Source of the DNA: an uncultured Alphaproteobacteria bacterium
GTDB taxonomy: Bacteria; Pseudomonadota; Alphaproteobacteria; Rhodobacterales; Rhodobacteraceae
Length of the DNA stretch: 64,000 nt
Direction: 5' to 3'
NCBI GenBank assembly: GCA_963798765.1
Contig: CAWCUP010000020.1
Span: forward strand, 262,043-326,042
In this document: positions 30,793 through 40,202 of the stretch, one piece after another
Position numbering within the stretch: position 1 is the stretch's first letter
Layout of the letters: every line of letters starts with the position of its first letter
Program-made: the position numbers and the translations under genes
Notes under the pieces: model-generated
Databases searched by the model: none
Seen by the model: only the letters and a program-made list of their open reading frames with translations
Told to the model about the DNA's origin: nothing

Positions 30793-31498
30793 GGCTCCCT
30801 CGATCGCGGTTCCGCACCTGACCAGAAAGCCGCCGCCGCTGTCCAGACCCTCGCCACTGCCAAACCGCTCCGCCCCGGACGGCACGCTTCACGCGAACGC
30901 CGCGCGAGGAACGCTCATGGGCAATCGCGGCGGGCGTCTCCACCGCGAGGATTTCACACTCGGCCGGGCGCGCTGGAGAAGCCGCGCCTGGATCGCCTGC
31001 CGCCTCGATTTCAAAGGCCGCCGCCGCACGGTGATGGGTGAGGGCTATACCGAGATCTTCTTTCTCGACGAGGCGACGGCGCTCGCCGCCGGACATCGCC
31101 CCTGTTTCGAATGCCGCCGCGCGGACGCGACCGCGTTCGCCGCCGCATGGGCGCGCGCGCATGGGCTGACCGCGCCGCCCCGCGCCGCCGAGATGGATGC
31201 GGAGCTTCACGCGCAGCGTCGGGCCCCGCCGGAAATCGTCCGCTTCGACGCCTTGCCGCCGGGCGCGATCTTCCGCCACGACGGCGCGTTCCGTCTGACG
31301 ACCCCGACCGGGTCCAGGCTCTGGAACTTCGAGGGCTACGGTGATTCCGTCGGCATTCCCGCCGCGTCCGATCCGGTCCGGGCGGTCACGCCCGCCGCGA
31401 TCCGCGCCCTGCTCCGGGACTACGCCGTTCAGAGAGCCCTGTACGGCGCCGGGTCCCACTTGCATGCGAAGCCGTCACCGTCGGGATCGAGACCGTAG
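30791..31498 (+). CDS. Conserved hypothetical protein with a Cys motif (start uncertain)
   Basis: RGTLMGNRGGRLH, FFLDEATALAAGHRPCFECRR; coherent protein-like frame. Confidence 0.75.
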   Translation: MAPSIAVPHLTRKPPPLSRPSPLPNRSAPDGTLHANAARGTLMGNRGGRLHREDFTLGRARWRSRAWIACRLDFKGRRRTVMGEGYTEIFFLDEATALAAGHRPCFECRRADATAFAAAWARAHGLTAPPRAAEMDAELHAQRRAPPEIVRFDALPPGAIFRHDGAFRLTTPTGSRLWNFEGYGDSVGIPAASDPVRAVTPAAIRALLRDYAVQRALYGAGSHLHAKPSPSGSRP

Positions 31499-31968
31499 CG
31501 GTCCGTCGCGGGCCCCCCCGCCGACAGGAACGCCCGTTGCGCGTCGTCCGCCGTGGCGAATCTCCCGCAACTCGAACGCGCCCCGAGACCGCCGCCCGAA
31601 CGCTGATAGACGCGCTGTCCGACCGGGTTGGTCGTCTGCTTGGCGAAGAGCGCGACGTTCACCCCCTCGACCCGGTTCGGCAGCGATCCCGGCTGAACGA
31701 CCACGAGCTGCGAGCGCGCGTTCTCCAGCTCGCGTTCCGCGATCGCGGCGTCGATCTTCTGTTGTTCGATCGTGTAGAGCGTGAGGTTGAGGCGGTCGTC
31801 GTTGAGCGGCGTGCCGTTCGACGGCAGCGCGCCCGCGCCGCCCGAGCTCGAGGTCATCGCCGTGTCCGGAGGCGTCACCTCCATCATCCCGCCGGGCGTC
31901 ACGGGCACCGTCACGTCGGAGACGCATCCCGCCGTGAAGCCGAACGCGAGTATCGCAACCAGTCTCAT
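31429..31968 (-). CDS. Hypothetical lipoprotein with a C-terminal DxDxDG Ca-binding-like motif
   Basis: Lipobox FTAGC; C-terminal CGRF...LDPDGDGFACKW resembles Excalibur-type motifs. Confidence 0.75.
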   Translation of the reverse strand: MRLVAILAFGFTAGCVSDVTVPVTPGGMMEVTPPDTAMTSSSGGAGALPSNGTPLNDDRLNLTLYTIEQQKIDAAIAERELENARSQLVVVQPGSLPNRVEGVNVALFAKQTTNPVGQRVYQRSGGGLGARSSCGRFATADDAQRAFLSAGGPATDRYGLDPDGDGFACKWDPAPYRAL

Positions 31969-32012
31969 ACCAATCCGCCTTTCAGGCCAGAACAATCGCT
32001 CAACGACAGTCC

Positions 32013-33500
32013 TTACCACCATTTTTCCGGTTTTGCGACAAATCCGCTCGCGTTCTCCAAAGAATAAGCGACATCGAGCATGCCGGCCTCGTCCCAGGGT
32101 CGCCCGATGACCTGAAGTCCCAGCGGAAGTCCCGCGACGTCGAGACCCGCCGGAACCGACGCGCCGGGCAGGCCGGCGAGGTTCACCGTCACCGTGAACA
32201 CGTCGTTGAGGTACATCGCCACCGGATCGCCGTCGGCGACCTCGCCGAGGCCGAACGCCGCGGACGGCGTCGTCGGGGTCAGGATCGCGTCCACGCCCTC
32301 GGCGAAGACCGCGTCGAAATCCCGCCGGATCAGGCTTCGCACCTTCTGCGCCCGAAGATAATACGCGTCGTAGAATCCCGCGGACAGGACGTAGGTCCCG
32401 ATCATGACGCGACGCCGGACCTCGGGCCCGAACCCCTCGGCGCGCGTGCGCTCGTACATCTCGGTGATGCCCTCGCCCGCTCCGATTTCCGCGCGGCGCC
32501 CGTAGCGCACGCCGTCATAGCGCGCCAGGTTCGACGACGCCTCGGCCATCGCGATGATGTAGTAGGCCGGCACCGCGTATTCCGTGTGCGGCAGGCTGAC
32601 CTCCACGATCTCGGCCCCCGCGTCCTTCAGCATCTCCGCCCCGCGGGTCCAGAGCGCCTCGATCTCCGCGGGCATGCCGTCGACGCGGTACTCGCGCGGC
32701 ACGCCGATCCGCCTGCCCCGCAGATCGCCGGTCAACGCCGCCTCGAAATCCGGAACCTCCCGGGGCGCGGAGGTCGAATCCTTCGGGTCGTGGCCCGACA
32801 TCGCGCGCAGCAGGATCGCGGCGTCCCGCACCGACCGCGTCATCGGCCCGGCCTGGTCGAGAGACGAGGCGAAGGCCACGATCCCCCAGCGCGAGCAGCG
32901 CCCGTAGGTCGGCTTCACGCCCACCGTGCCGGTGAAGGCGGCCGGCTGGCGGATCGACCCGCCCGTGTCCGTGCCGGTCGCCCCGAGGCAGAGCCCCGCC
33001 GCGACCGCGGCCGCGGAACCGCCCGACGATCCGCCCGGCGTCAGACGGGCCGTGTCGCCCGCGCGCCGCCACGGACTGACCGCCGGGCCGTAGACGGAGC
33101 TCTCGTTCGACGAGCCCATCGCGAACTCGTCCATGTTGAGCTTGCCGAGGCAGACGCCGCCGGCCTCCCAGAGCTTGGCGGTGACCGTGCTCTCGTAGGG
33201 GGGAACGAAGCCGTCCAGAATGCGCGAGGCGGCCTGGGCCGGCAGCCCCTCGACGCAGAAAAGGTCCTTCACGCCGAGCGGCACGCCGCAGATGTCCGGC
33301 GCCCCGCCCTCGCCGATCCGCGCCTGCGCCCGCTCCGCGTCCGCCAGAGCCCGTTCGGGCGTCAGCGTCGAGAACGCGTTCAGCGCGGTCGCTCCCTCCG
33401 CCGCGTGGATCGCCGCGCGCGTCAGTTCGACCGCGCCCAAATCGCCCGCCCGCAGCGCGTCGCGCGCGCCCGCGATCGAGAACTCCGCCGGATCGGCCAT
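32013..33500 (-). CDS. gatA: Asp/Glu-tRNA amidotransferase subunit A
   Basis: [38 protein letters not shown]. Confidence 0.98.
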   Translation of the reverse strand: MADPAEFSIAGARDALRAGDLGAVELTRAAIHAAEGATALNAFSTLTPERALADAERAQARIGEGGAPDICGVPLGVKDLFCVEGLPAQAASRILDGFVPPYESTVTAKLWEAGGVCLGKLNMDEFAMGSSNESSVYGPAVSPWRRAGDTARLTPGGSSGGSAAAVAAGLCLGATGTDTGGSIRQPAAFTGTVGVKPTYGRCSRWGIVAFASSLDQAGPMTRSVRDAAILLRAMSGHDPKDSTSAPREVPDFEAALTGDLRGRRIGVPREYRVDGMPAEIEALWTRGAEMLKDAGAEIVEVSLPHTEYAVPAYYIIAMAEASSNLARYDGVRYGRRAEIGAGEGITEMYERTRAEGFGPEVRRRVMIGTYVLSAGFYDAYYLRAQKVRSLIRRDFDAVFAEGVDAILTPTTPSAAFGLGEVADGDPVAMYLNDVFTVTVNLAGLPGASVPAGLDVAGLPLGLQVIGRPWDEAGMLDVAYSLENASGFVAKPEKWW

Positions 33501-33788
33501 CTACTCCACCACCTTCGGCACGGTGAAGAAGCCCGCCCGCGCGTCGGGCGCGTTGGCGAGGATCCGGTCCCGATACCCGCCGTCCGTCACCGCGTCCTCG
33601 CGCCGGATCAGCGTCATCGGCGTCACGGATGTGGTCGGCTCGACCCCCGCCACGTCGACCGCGTTCAACTTCTCCATGAAATCGAGGATCGCCGAGAGCT
33701 CCGCCGCCAGGGGCGCCAGATCGGCCTCCGCGACCTCGATCCGCGCCAGATGCGCGACGCGACGCGCGGTATCCCTGTCGATGGACAT
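33501..33788 (-). CDS. gatC: Asp/Glu-tRNA amidotransferase subunit C
   Basis: RVAHLARI, ILANAP, FFTVPKVVE; directly upstream of gatA. Confidence 0.97.
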   Translation of the reverse strand: MSIDRDTARRVAHLARIEVAEADLAPLAAELSAILDFMEKLNAVDVAGVEPTTSVTPMTLIRREDAVTDGGYRDRILANAPDARAGFFTVPKVVE

Positions 33789-33821
33789 TTCCGGTCGTTC
33801 CGCAGTCGTTTCCCGATCCGC

Positions 33822-33850
33822 GCCTTACCCCGGACGCCTCAACGGCGCAA
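33822..33850 (-). promoter_or_regulatory. Probable gatCA promoter
   Basis: TTGCGC-17 bp-TAAGGC on the minus strand, about 35 nt upstream of the gatC ATG. Confidence 0.55.
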
Positions 33851-33873
33851 GGCCGCGCCCCGGAGGCCGCGCG

Positions 33874-33988
33874 CCGGCATTCATACTGACATGAAACCTG
33901 GAGAGCAGGACGCACGCGCCAACAGGCGCGGGCCGGACCGAAGACTCGCGCGCACCCGCGCGCTCCGAATGGCGGCAAAGGCCGCCCG
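33874..33988. repeat. Intergenic triple-hairpin repeat element, copy 2
   Basis: Diverged second copy of 13614-13730. Confidence 0.92.
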
Positions 33989-34055
33989 GCGCCGGTCGAC
34001 CGCACCCGAACATCGCATGCGGAACGCCCCGCCGCCGCGACGGCCCGCCACGCCG

Positions 34056-34403
34056 TCAGCGCGGAAGCGTGACCGAAACGGCCGGCCCCCAGCCATGCAC
34101 GCTGTCGCGCGCGCGGACCCGCACCTCGCCGACACCCACCGGGATCGCCACGCCGGAGAGCGAGCGCGTGAACGGCTGCTCGGCCACGTGCGGGTGGAGA
34201 AGCTCCCGGGTTCCCAGAACCGCGCCTTCGGGCCCGAGAACCTGCCACGCGTCGGCGTAGTGGTCCCAGCCCTCGTCGGCATGGGCCACGGTCACGTCGA
34301 ACCGCCAGGAGTTCCCGTCCCGCATCGCCGCGACGTCGACGACGGCGGCGTCCCCGCCATACGCCGCGACGGGCAGCAAGACCATGAGAAGCGGAATCCG
34401 CAT
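34056..34403 (-). CDS. Small secreted conserved hypothetical protein
   Basis: Signal peptide; FDVTVAHADEGWDHYADAW and LLHPHVAEQPFTRSL (His/Asp-rich). Confidence 0.8.
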   Translation of the reverse strand: MRIPLLMVLLPVAAYGGDAAVVDVAAMRDGNSWRFDVTVAHADEGWDHYADAWQVLGPEGAVLGTRELLHPHVAEQPFTRSLSGVAIPVGVGEVRVRARDSVHGWGPAVSVTLPR

Positions 34404-34490
34404 CCCCGGACCCTAGCACGAACGACCGGCGGATGGCGCCGGAATCGGCGTTGCGTCGCGCAGCCAACCGGACTACACACCGCTCCGTGT

Positions 34491-34567
34491 CGGAGTGTAG
34501 CGCAGCCTGGTAGCGCACCTGCTTCGGGAGCAGGGGGTCGGAGGTTCGAATCCTCTCACTCCGACCA
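34491..34567 (+). tRNA. tRNA-Pro(CGG)
   Basis: 77-nt cloverleaf, anticodon arm CCTGC-TT-CGG-GA-GCAGG, T-loop GGTTCGAATCC, encoded CCA. Confidence 0.98.
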
Positions 34568-34595
34568 TCGTCCCGGTCCAACGGTCCGCCGATCT

Positions 34596-35606
34596 TCAGA
34601 CCGCCTCGTCGCGCGCCGTCGGCAGGATCGCGCCTTCGATCAGCCGCATCAGTTCGCCGAAATATCCCTCGCTTCGCGCAGGGAGCGTCGGATCCGAGGT
34701 GATGGCGGCGGTGAGACCGACGTCCGGCGCGACGAGAATGACCTGTCCGCCATAGCCGCGCGCCAGCGCGTAGGCGGTCCGCCCGCGCCCACCGAGAAAC
34801 CAGCCGTATCCATAGTCCAGGCCGGAGAAGGGCGAACGGGTCCGCGGCGCGAACGAGCGCTCCACCCAGTCGCCGCTCAGGACGCGGGTCCCGTCCCGTT
34901 CGCCGCCGAGCCGATAGAGCTCGCCGAACCGCACCATATGCTCGGGGCTCAACGCCATCTCGTTGCCGCCCAGATAGCGTCCCTGCGGATCGCGGGTCCA
35001 CGCGGGGATGTCGATCCCGAGCGGCCGACCGAGCCGCGCGCGGGCCAGCGACAGCAGGCTTTCGCCCGAAACCTCCGACAGCACCGCGCCGAGGACGTGA
35101 AACGAGCCGGTGGAATAGAGCATCCTGCCGCCCGGTTCGGCTATTAACGGTCGGGACAGCGCGTCGGCGACCCAGTCGCGGCTCGAGACCCATGAGCCGT
35201 AATTCGCGCCGGATGTCCGCTCCAGCCCGGCGCGCATGGTCACCAGATCCTCGACGCTGATCGCGCCGACGCGGGGATCCGCCCCGGGCGGGATCAGACG
35301 CGGCGCGACCTCGGCCAGCGTCGCGTCGACGGACGGGATCTCGCCCCGGTCGAGCGCGGCGCCGGTGAGGGCGGCGACGATCGTCTTGGAGACCGACTTG
35401 ATCGGCGCCGGACGATCGAGGCCCGGACCGCGGAAGGCCTCAGCCACGACCGGCGCGCCGTCCAGATGGATCAGGAGCGACCGGCACTGGTCGAGGGCGC
35501 GCGCCCGGGCCGCGACGGCCGCCCAGGCCCCGGACGCGGCGAACGCCGGCGATACCGCGAATGCGGCGGCCGACGCGACGAACGCGCGGCGGGTCGGTCG
35601 GGTCAT
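34596..35606 (-). CDS. Serine hydrolase (beta-lactamase class C-like), Tat-exported
   Basis: Tat signal TRRAFV, SVSK (SxxK), YST, and ARGYGGQ. Confidence 0.88.
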   Translation of the reverse strand: MTRPTRRAFVASAAAFAVSPAFAASGAWAAVAARARALDQCRSLLIHLDGAPVVAEAFRGPGLDRPAPIKSVSKTIVAALTGAALDRGEIPSVDATLAEVAPRLIPPGADPRVGAISVEDLVTMRAGLERTSGANYGSWVSSRDWVADALSRPLIAEPGGRMLYSTGSFHVLGAVLSEVSGESLLSLARARLGRPLGIDIPAWTRDPQGRYLGGNEMALSPEHMVRFGELYRLGGERDGTRVLSGDWVERSFAPRTRSPFSGLDYGYGWFLGGRGRTAYALARGYGGQVILVAPDVGLTAAITSDPTLPARSEGYFGELMRLIEGAILPTARDEAV

Positions 35607-35747
35607 GCGGTCTCCTTCGCTCCTTGGCGATGAGGATAGGTCAGCCCGCCGCCCGGCCCGTTCAGGATGCCGTGAGCGGCGGCCGGCCGGTGGCGTTTCC
35701 GCGCGGCGGTGCTATATGGCGCGGGTCCGCCTCGAGGAGCCGCGCCG

Positions 35748-36905
35748 ATGGATGCCACCGCCCCGATCACCCGGGATCTTCTGACGATCCCCCGCAAGGA
35801 CGCCGGCGGCGGCGTGCCGGACATCGTCGGCATGAGCCGCGCGGGGCTGCGCGCCGCGCTGATCGAGGCGGGCACGCCGGACGGCATGGCCGGGATGCGG
35901 ACCAGCCAGATCTGGAAATGGGTCTACCACAAGGGCGTCACGGATTTCGACGCGATGACCAATCTCGGCCGGCCCCACCGCGAGATGCTGGGGGACCGGT
36001 TCGCCATCGGGCGGCCGGAGATCGTGACGCGGCAGGTCTCGGAGGACGGCACGCGGAAATACCTGCTCCGGATCGCGGGAGGGCATGAGATCGAGACGGT
36101 CTACATCCCCGAGACCGACCGGGGCACGCTCTGCGTCTCGAGCCAGGTCGGCTGCACGCTGACCTGCTCGTTCTGCCACACCGGCACCCAGCGGCTGGTG
36201 CGCAACCTGACGCCGGCCGAGATCGTCGGCCAGATCATGGTCGCCCGCGACGATCTCGACGACTGGAACCGCGGGCCGGACGAGAAGCGGCTGGTCTCGA
36301 ACATCGTGCTGATGGGCATGGGCGAGCCGCTCTACAACACGGACGCGGTTCGCGACGCGATGCTGATCGCGATGGACGGAGAGGGGATCGCGCTGTCGCG
36401 CCGCCGGATCACGCTCTCGACATCGGGGGTCGTGCCGGAGATCGCGCGGGTCGGCGAGGAGATCAACTGCCTGCTCGCGATCTCGTTTCATGCCACGACC
36501 GACGCGGTGCGGGATCAACTCGTGCCGATCAACAGGAAATGGAACATCGCGGCGCTGCTCGACGCCTGCCGGGCCTATCCGCGGGCGTCGAACTCGGAGC
36601 GGATCACCTTCGAGTACGTCATGCTCAAGGGGGTCAACGACTCGGACGCGGACGCGCGGCGGCTCGTGAAGCTGATCGCGGGCATACCTGCAAAGATCAA
36701 CCTGATCCCGTTCAACCCCTGGCCCGGCGCGCCCTACGAGCGGTCGGACCCCGACCGGATCGAGGCCTTCGCGGCGATCGTGAACAGGGCGGGCTATTCC
36801 AGCCCCGTCCGGCGGCCGCGCGGCGAGGACATCATGGCGGCCTGCGGCCAGCTCAAGAGCGCCACGGAGCGCGCGCGGCGGGAGCGTCCGGCGTCCGCCA
36901 CCTGA
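35748..36905 (+). CDS. rlmN: Dual-specificity 23S rRNA/tRNA m2A methyltransferase
   Basis: Radical SAM motif [33 protein letters not shown]. Confidence 0.97.
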   Translation: MDATAPITRDLLTIPRKDAGGGVPDIVGMSRAGLRAALIEAGTPDGMAGMRTSQIWKWVYHKGVTDFDAMTNLGRPHREMLGDRFAIGRPEIVTRQVSEDGTRKYLLRIAGGHEIETVYIPETDRGTLCVSSQVGCTLTCSFCHTGTQRLVRNLTPAEIVGQIMVARDDLDDWNRGPDEKRLVSNIVLMGMGEPLYNTDAVRDAMLIAMDGEGIALSRRRITLSTSGVVPEIARVGEEINCLLAISFHATTDAVRDQLVPINRKWNIAALLDACRAYPRASNSERITFEYVMLKGVNDSDADARRLVKLIAGIPAKINLIPFNPWPGAPYERSDPDRIEAFAAIVNRAGYSSPVRRPRGEDIMAACGQLKSATERARRERPASAT

Positions 36906-36957
36906 TCCGTCCAAGGTTGGCGCGATCTCAAACATTTGATTTCTAACACTAAGATTG

Positions 36958-37158
36958 TTAACGCGCCAGACCGGACCGCGCCGCGACCATCCCGGCCAGC
37001 GTCATCGCGGTCGCGTCCCGCGTCTCGGCCTCGAACCCGGAGAGCGCCAGGCCGGCGCGGTAGCTCCGCGCCAGCCCGGCGTCTCCGATCAGCGCGACCT
37101 CGCGCCCGAGCCAGCAGGGCCGCGATCCGGCCAGTTCCAGCCCCAACAACAGCCCCGA
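36958..37158 (-). pseudogene. Orphan 3' fragment of a second dgoK allele
   Basis: 49 of 61 aa identical to the C-terminus of the dgoK at 38482-39406; no 5' part and no convincing start. Confidence 0.85.
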
Positions 37159-37224
37159 CGGACGAAGACGCGGGCCGCGGCGCGGCGGGACCTCGGCCGG
37201 GCCGGTCGCGGCGGACCCGCCCCG

Positions 37225-38226
37225 TCATCCGGGCGGCTGCGGATACCCGCCGGTCGCGCCGAACACCTGACCCGTCGAGTAGCTGAACGCCGGATCCGCC
37301 AGCGCCACGTAAAGCGGCGCGAGCTCCACCGGCTGGCCGGCCCTGCCGACCGGCGTGCTCGCGCCGAACTGCGGGATGTTCTCGACCGGCTGGCCGCCGC
37401 ACACCTGGAGCGGGGTCCAGATCGGCCCCGGCGTCACCGCGTTCACCCGGATCCCCCGCGACGCGAGCTGTTTGGCCATTGTCCTGGTGAACGTGAGGAT
37501 CGCGGATTTCGTCATCGAGTAGTCGATCAGGCCGATTGGCGGCGAGGCGGCGACCGTGCTCGAGGTGTTGATGATGGCCGCGCCGGGCCGCAGATGCGGA
37601 AGCGCCGCCTTGGTGAGCCAGAACATCGCGTAGAGGTTCGTTTTCATCGTCTGGTCGAACTGCTCGTCCGAGAGCTCTTCCAGCCCTTCCACCCATTGCT
37701 GGTAGGCGGCGTTGTTGACGAGGATATCGAGTCCGCCCAGCTCCTCCACGGCGCGCTCCGGCAGCGACGTCGTGTGGTCCTTGTCCCGCAGATCGCCGGG
37801 GAAGGCGGCGAAGCGACGCCCCTCGCGCTCCGCGAGCCGGGCCACGTCCTGCGCGTCCGGCTCCTCCTCCGGCAGGTAGGCGATCGCGACGTCGGCGCCC
37901 TCCTTCAGGAAGGCGATCGCGGCGGCGCGGCCGATGCCGCTGTCGCCGCCGGTGATCAGCGCGCGTCTGCCGGCGAGCCGTCCCGTCCCGCGATAGGTCT
38001 CCTCGCCGTCGAAGGGCCGCGGGTCCATCTCCTGTTCGATGCCCGGCCAGGGCTGCTGCTGACTGGGGTACGGCGGCACGGGGAATTCCTCCGCCTGCGC
38101 CGTCAGAGGCGCGCCGGCGCCGCTCGAACCGCCGTTCTGCGCGAGGACGGGGCCGGCGACGGCGGCGGCGCCCGCGACGGTGGCGCCGGCCAGCAGCGCG
38201 CGGCGGCTTGGATCGGAATGGGTCAT
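37225..38226 (-). CDS. SDR oxidoreductase (YghA/YhxC-like) with a twin-arginine leader
   Basis: TGGDSGIG, NNAA, YxxxK (YSMTK); N-terminus SRRALLAG...VLA-Q. Start at 38226. Confidence 0.9.
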   Translation of the reverse strand: MTHSDPSRRALLAGATVAGAAAVAGPVLAQNGGSSGAGAPLTAQAEEFPVPPYPSQQQPWPGIEQEMDPRPFDGEETYRGTGRLAGRRALITGGDSGIGRAAAIAFLKEGADVAIAYLPEEEPDAQDVARLAEREGRRFAAFPGDLRDKDHTTSLPERAVEELGGLDILVNNAAYQQWVEGLEELSDEQFDQTMKTNLYAMFWLTKAALPHLRPGAAIINTSSTVAASPPIGLIDYSMTKSAILTFTRTMAKQLASRGIRVNAVTPGPIWTPLQVCGGQPVENIPQFGASTPVGRAGQPVELAPLYVALADPAFSYSTGQVFGATGGYPQPPG

Positions 38227-38481
38227 TCTGGTCTCCGTTCTGTCTGATGGCGAACGCGGCGCCGGTGCCGGACCGTCGAGTCTGCTCTTCGTTCCCAAGT
38301 CACGACCGGCTCGACCATGACAAGGGTCGGCGACGACGGTCCTCACGCGCCGATGATCCGGAAATCGCCGTGAAGGGGATCGGTTCCGAAATCGCGCCGT
38401 CGCGACCGACTTCCCGCGCCGACCGGCCGCCTGCCGTTTTCCGCAAGGCGCTCTTATTCTCGGCGCGACGGCGCCCGTGCT

Positions 38482-39406
38482 TCAGACTGGACGCGGCGGT
38501 CGGTCCGGAAGATGGCGCCGCGCGGCGACCAGACCGGCGAGGGTCATGGCCTTGGCGTCCTGCGGCTCGGCCTGCAGGCCGCAGAGCGCGAGACCCGAGC
38601 GGTATGTCCGCGCGAGACCGGCGTCGCCGATCAGCGCCACCTCGCGGCCCAGCCAGTAGGGCTTCGACCCGGCCAGCTCCAGACCGATCAGCAGACCCGA
38701 GAGCCGCGCGCGGGCACGCTCCGGGCGCAGGTTCTCCAGCAGCGAGGCCGCGCGCAGGCCGAAGAGGCGCGACGGCGAATTTCTCCGGGCGGGCCATCGC
38801 GTCCTCGACGGCCTCGGCGAAATCCGCGTCGGACCATTCGTCGCTGCCGACGCTGTGGCGCAGCACGCTCGAATTCGCCAGCAGCCCGAAGACCTCGCCG
38901 GTCATGAAGGTGGCGAAACTGACGATCTCGCCGGCGCTGACATGGACCCATTTGGTGTGCGTGCCGGGCAGACAAAGCACGCCGTCGAACCGCGGGCGCG
39001 CGGCGATGAACCCTGCGATCTGCGTCTCCTCGCCCCGCATCACGTCCGGCGGCGAGGCCTGGCTGACGCCGGGGATGATGTGGACCGAAAGCCGCGGATC
39101 GGCGGCTGGCGCGCGGACCATCGCCTCGGCGTGGAGCGGCGCGCAGGGCGTCGCGACGTAGGGCGCCTCGATCCAGCCCTGCCGCGCGCCCACCATGCCG
39201 CAGGCGACGATCGTCGTGGGGCCGTCCAGAGCGAGCCAGGGTCCGACGAGATCGAGCAGCGCCGGCTCGAACCCGTCGCGGGCGAGCGTGTTCATCCCCG
39301 CCCCGGACGACGCCTCGGCCATCGGCGCCCCATCCGCGCCCATCGCCCAGGCCCGCAGGTTCGAGGTGCCCCAGTCGACGGCGATCCAGTCGGCGGCCTC
39401 GGTCAT
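38482..39406 (-). CDS. dgoK: 2-dehydro-3-deoxygalactonokinase, +1 frameshift near 38772
   Basis: WIAVDWGTSNLR, GMVGARQGW, DVMRGEETQ, LPGTHTKW, TFMTGE, then SGLLIGLEL in the shifted frame. The 925-nt span is 3n+1. Confidence 0.88.
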
Positions 39407-39461
39407 CGGCGATCTCCTCGGGGCGATGCGGCGTGCCGCGCGACGCGGCCGCGCGGAGGTG

Positions 39462-40202
39462 TCATTCGGGAAGCCATCCGGTGCGGAGCGCCGTGGCCCA
39501 GTCGTCCATCCCGTTCGCGGCGGCCCGGTCGGCGGCGGCCTCGTGGTCGTAGGGAACGCAGCGGAACGTGACGGACCAGGTCCCGCCCGCCCCCTCGGCC
39601 CAGGCGTAGCTGGCGAAGGGATGGCCGGTCTCGATCCGGTGCGGCGATCCGGCCGCGCCGAAACCCGGGCGCCCGACGCTGCCGGGATTGAGGATCAGCC
39701 GGCCGTCCTGGAGCCGGACCAGACGCGGAACGTGGCTGTGCCCGCACAGCATCAGCGACGCGTCGATTCCTTCGGCCTCGCGGGTGATCTCCGCGCGGGG
39801 GCGCGGCCGCACGATCCCGTCGGGGCCGGCCTCCTCGAGCCAATAGGTCGAGTCGGATCCGGGCGTGCCGTGGCAGAGGAAGACGTCGCCGCCGAGCGTC
39901 GCCGTCCCGGGCAACGCGCCGAGCCGGGCGGAATCCTCCGCCGGGAGGGCGTCGGCGGCGAAGGCGTCGGTCCGGTCCATCTCCGCGCGGGGGGTCTCCG
40001 CCACGGAGCGGTCGTGATTGCCGCGCACCCGCACGGCCTCGAAACCGGCCACGAGCGCCATCGTCTCGGCGGGCCAGAGCGGACCGCTGACAACGTCGCC
40101 AAGATCCGCGACGGCGTCCGGCGCGTAACGCGCCATGTCGTCCAGCACCGCCCGCAGAGCGGGGGCGTTGCCGTGGATGTCCGCGATGACCGCGAGCCTC
40201 AT
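39462..40202 (-). CDS. Metallophosphoesterase family protein
   Basis: DIHGN, LGD, RGNHD, CHG, GHSH, NPGSVG. Confidence 0.92.
   Translation of the reverse strand: MRLAVIADIHGNAPALRAVLDDMARYAPDAVADLGDVVSGPLWPAETMALVAGFEAVRVRGNHDRSVAETPRAEMDRTDAFAADALPAEDSARLGALPGTATLGGDVFLCHGTPGSDSTYWLEEAGPDGIVRPRPRAEITREAEGIDASLMLCGHSHVPRLVRLQDGRLILNPGSVGRPGFGAAGSPHRIETGHPFASYAWAEGAGGTWSVTFRCVPYDHEAAADRAAANGMDDWATALRTGWLPE

Noticed and set aside
34491-34600. tRNA-Pro as an integration site
   Set aside because: I found no duplicate of the tRNA 3' end and no integrase in the window, and the downstream genes have host-like composition.
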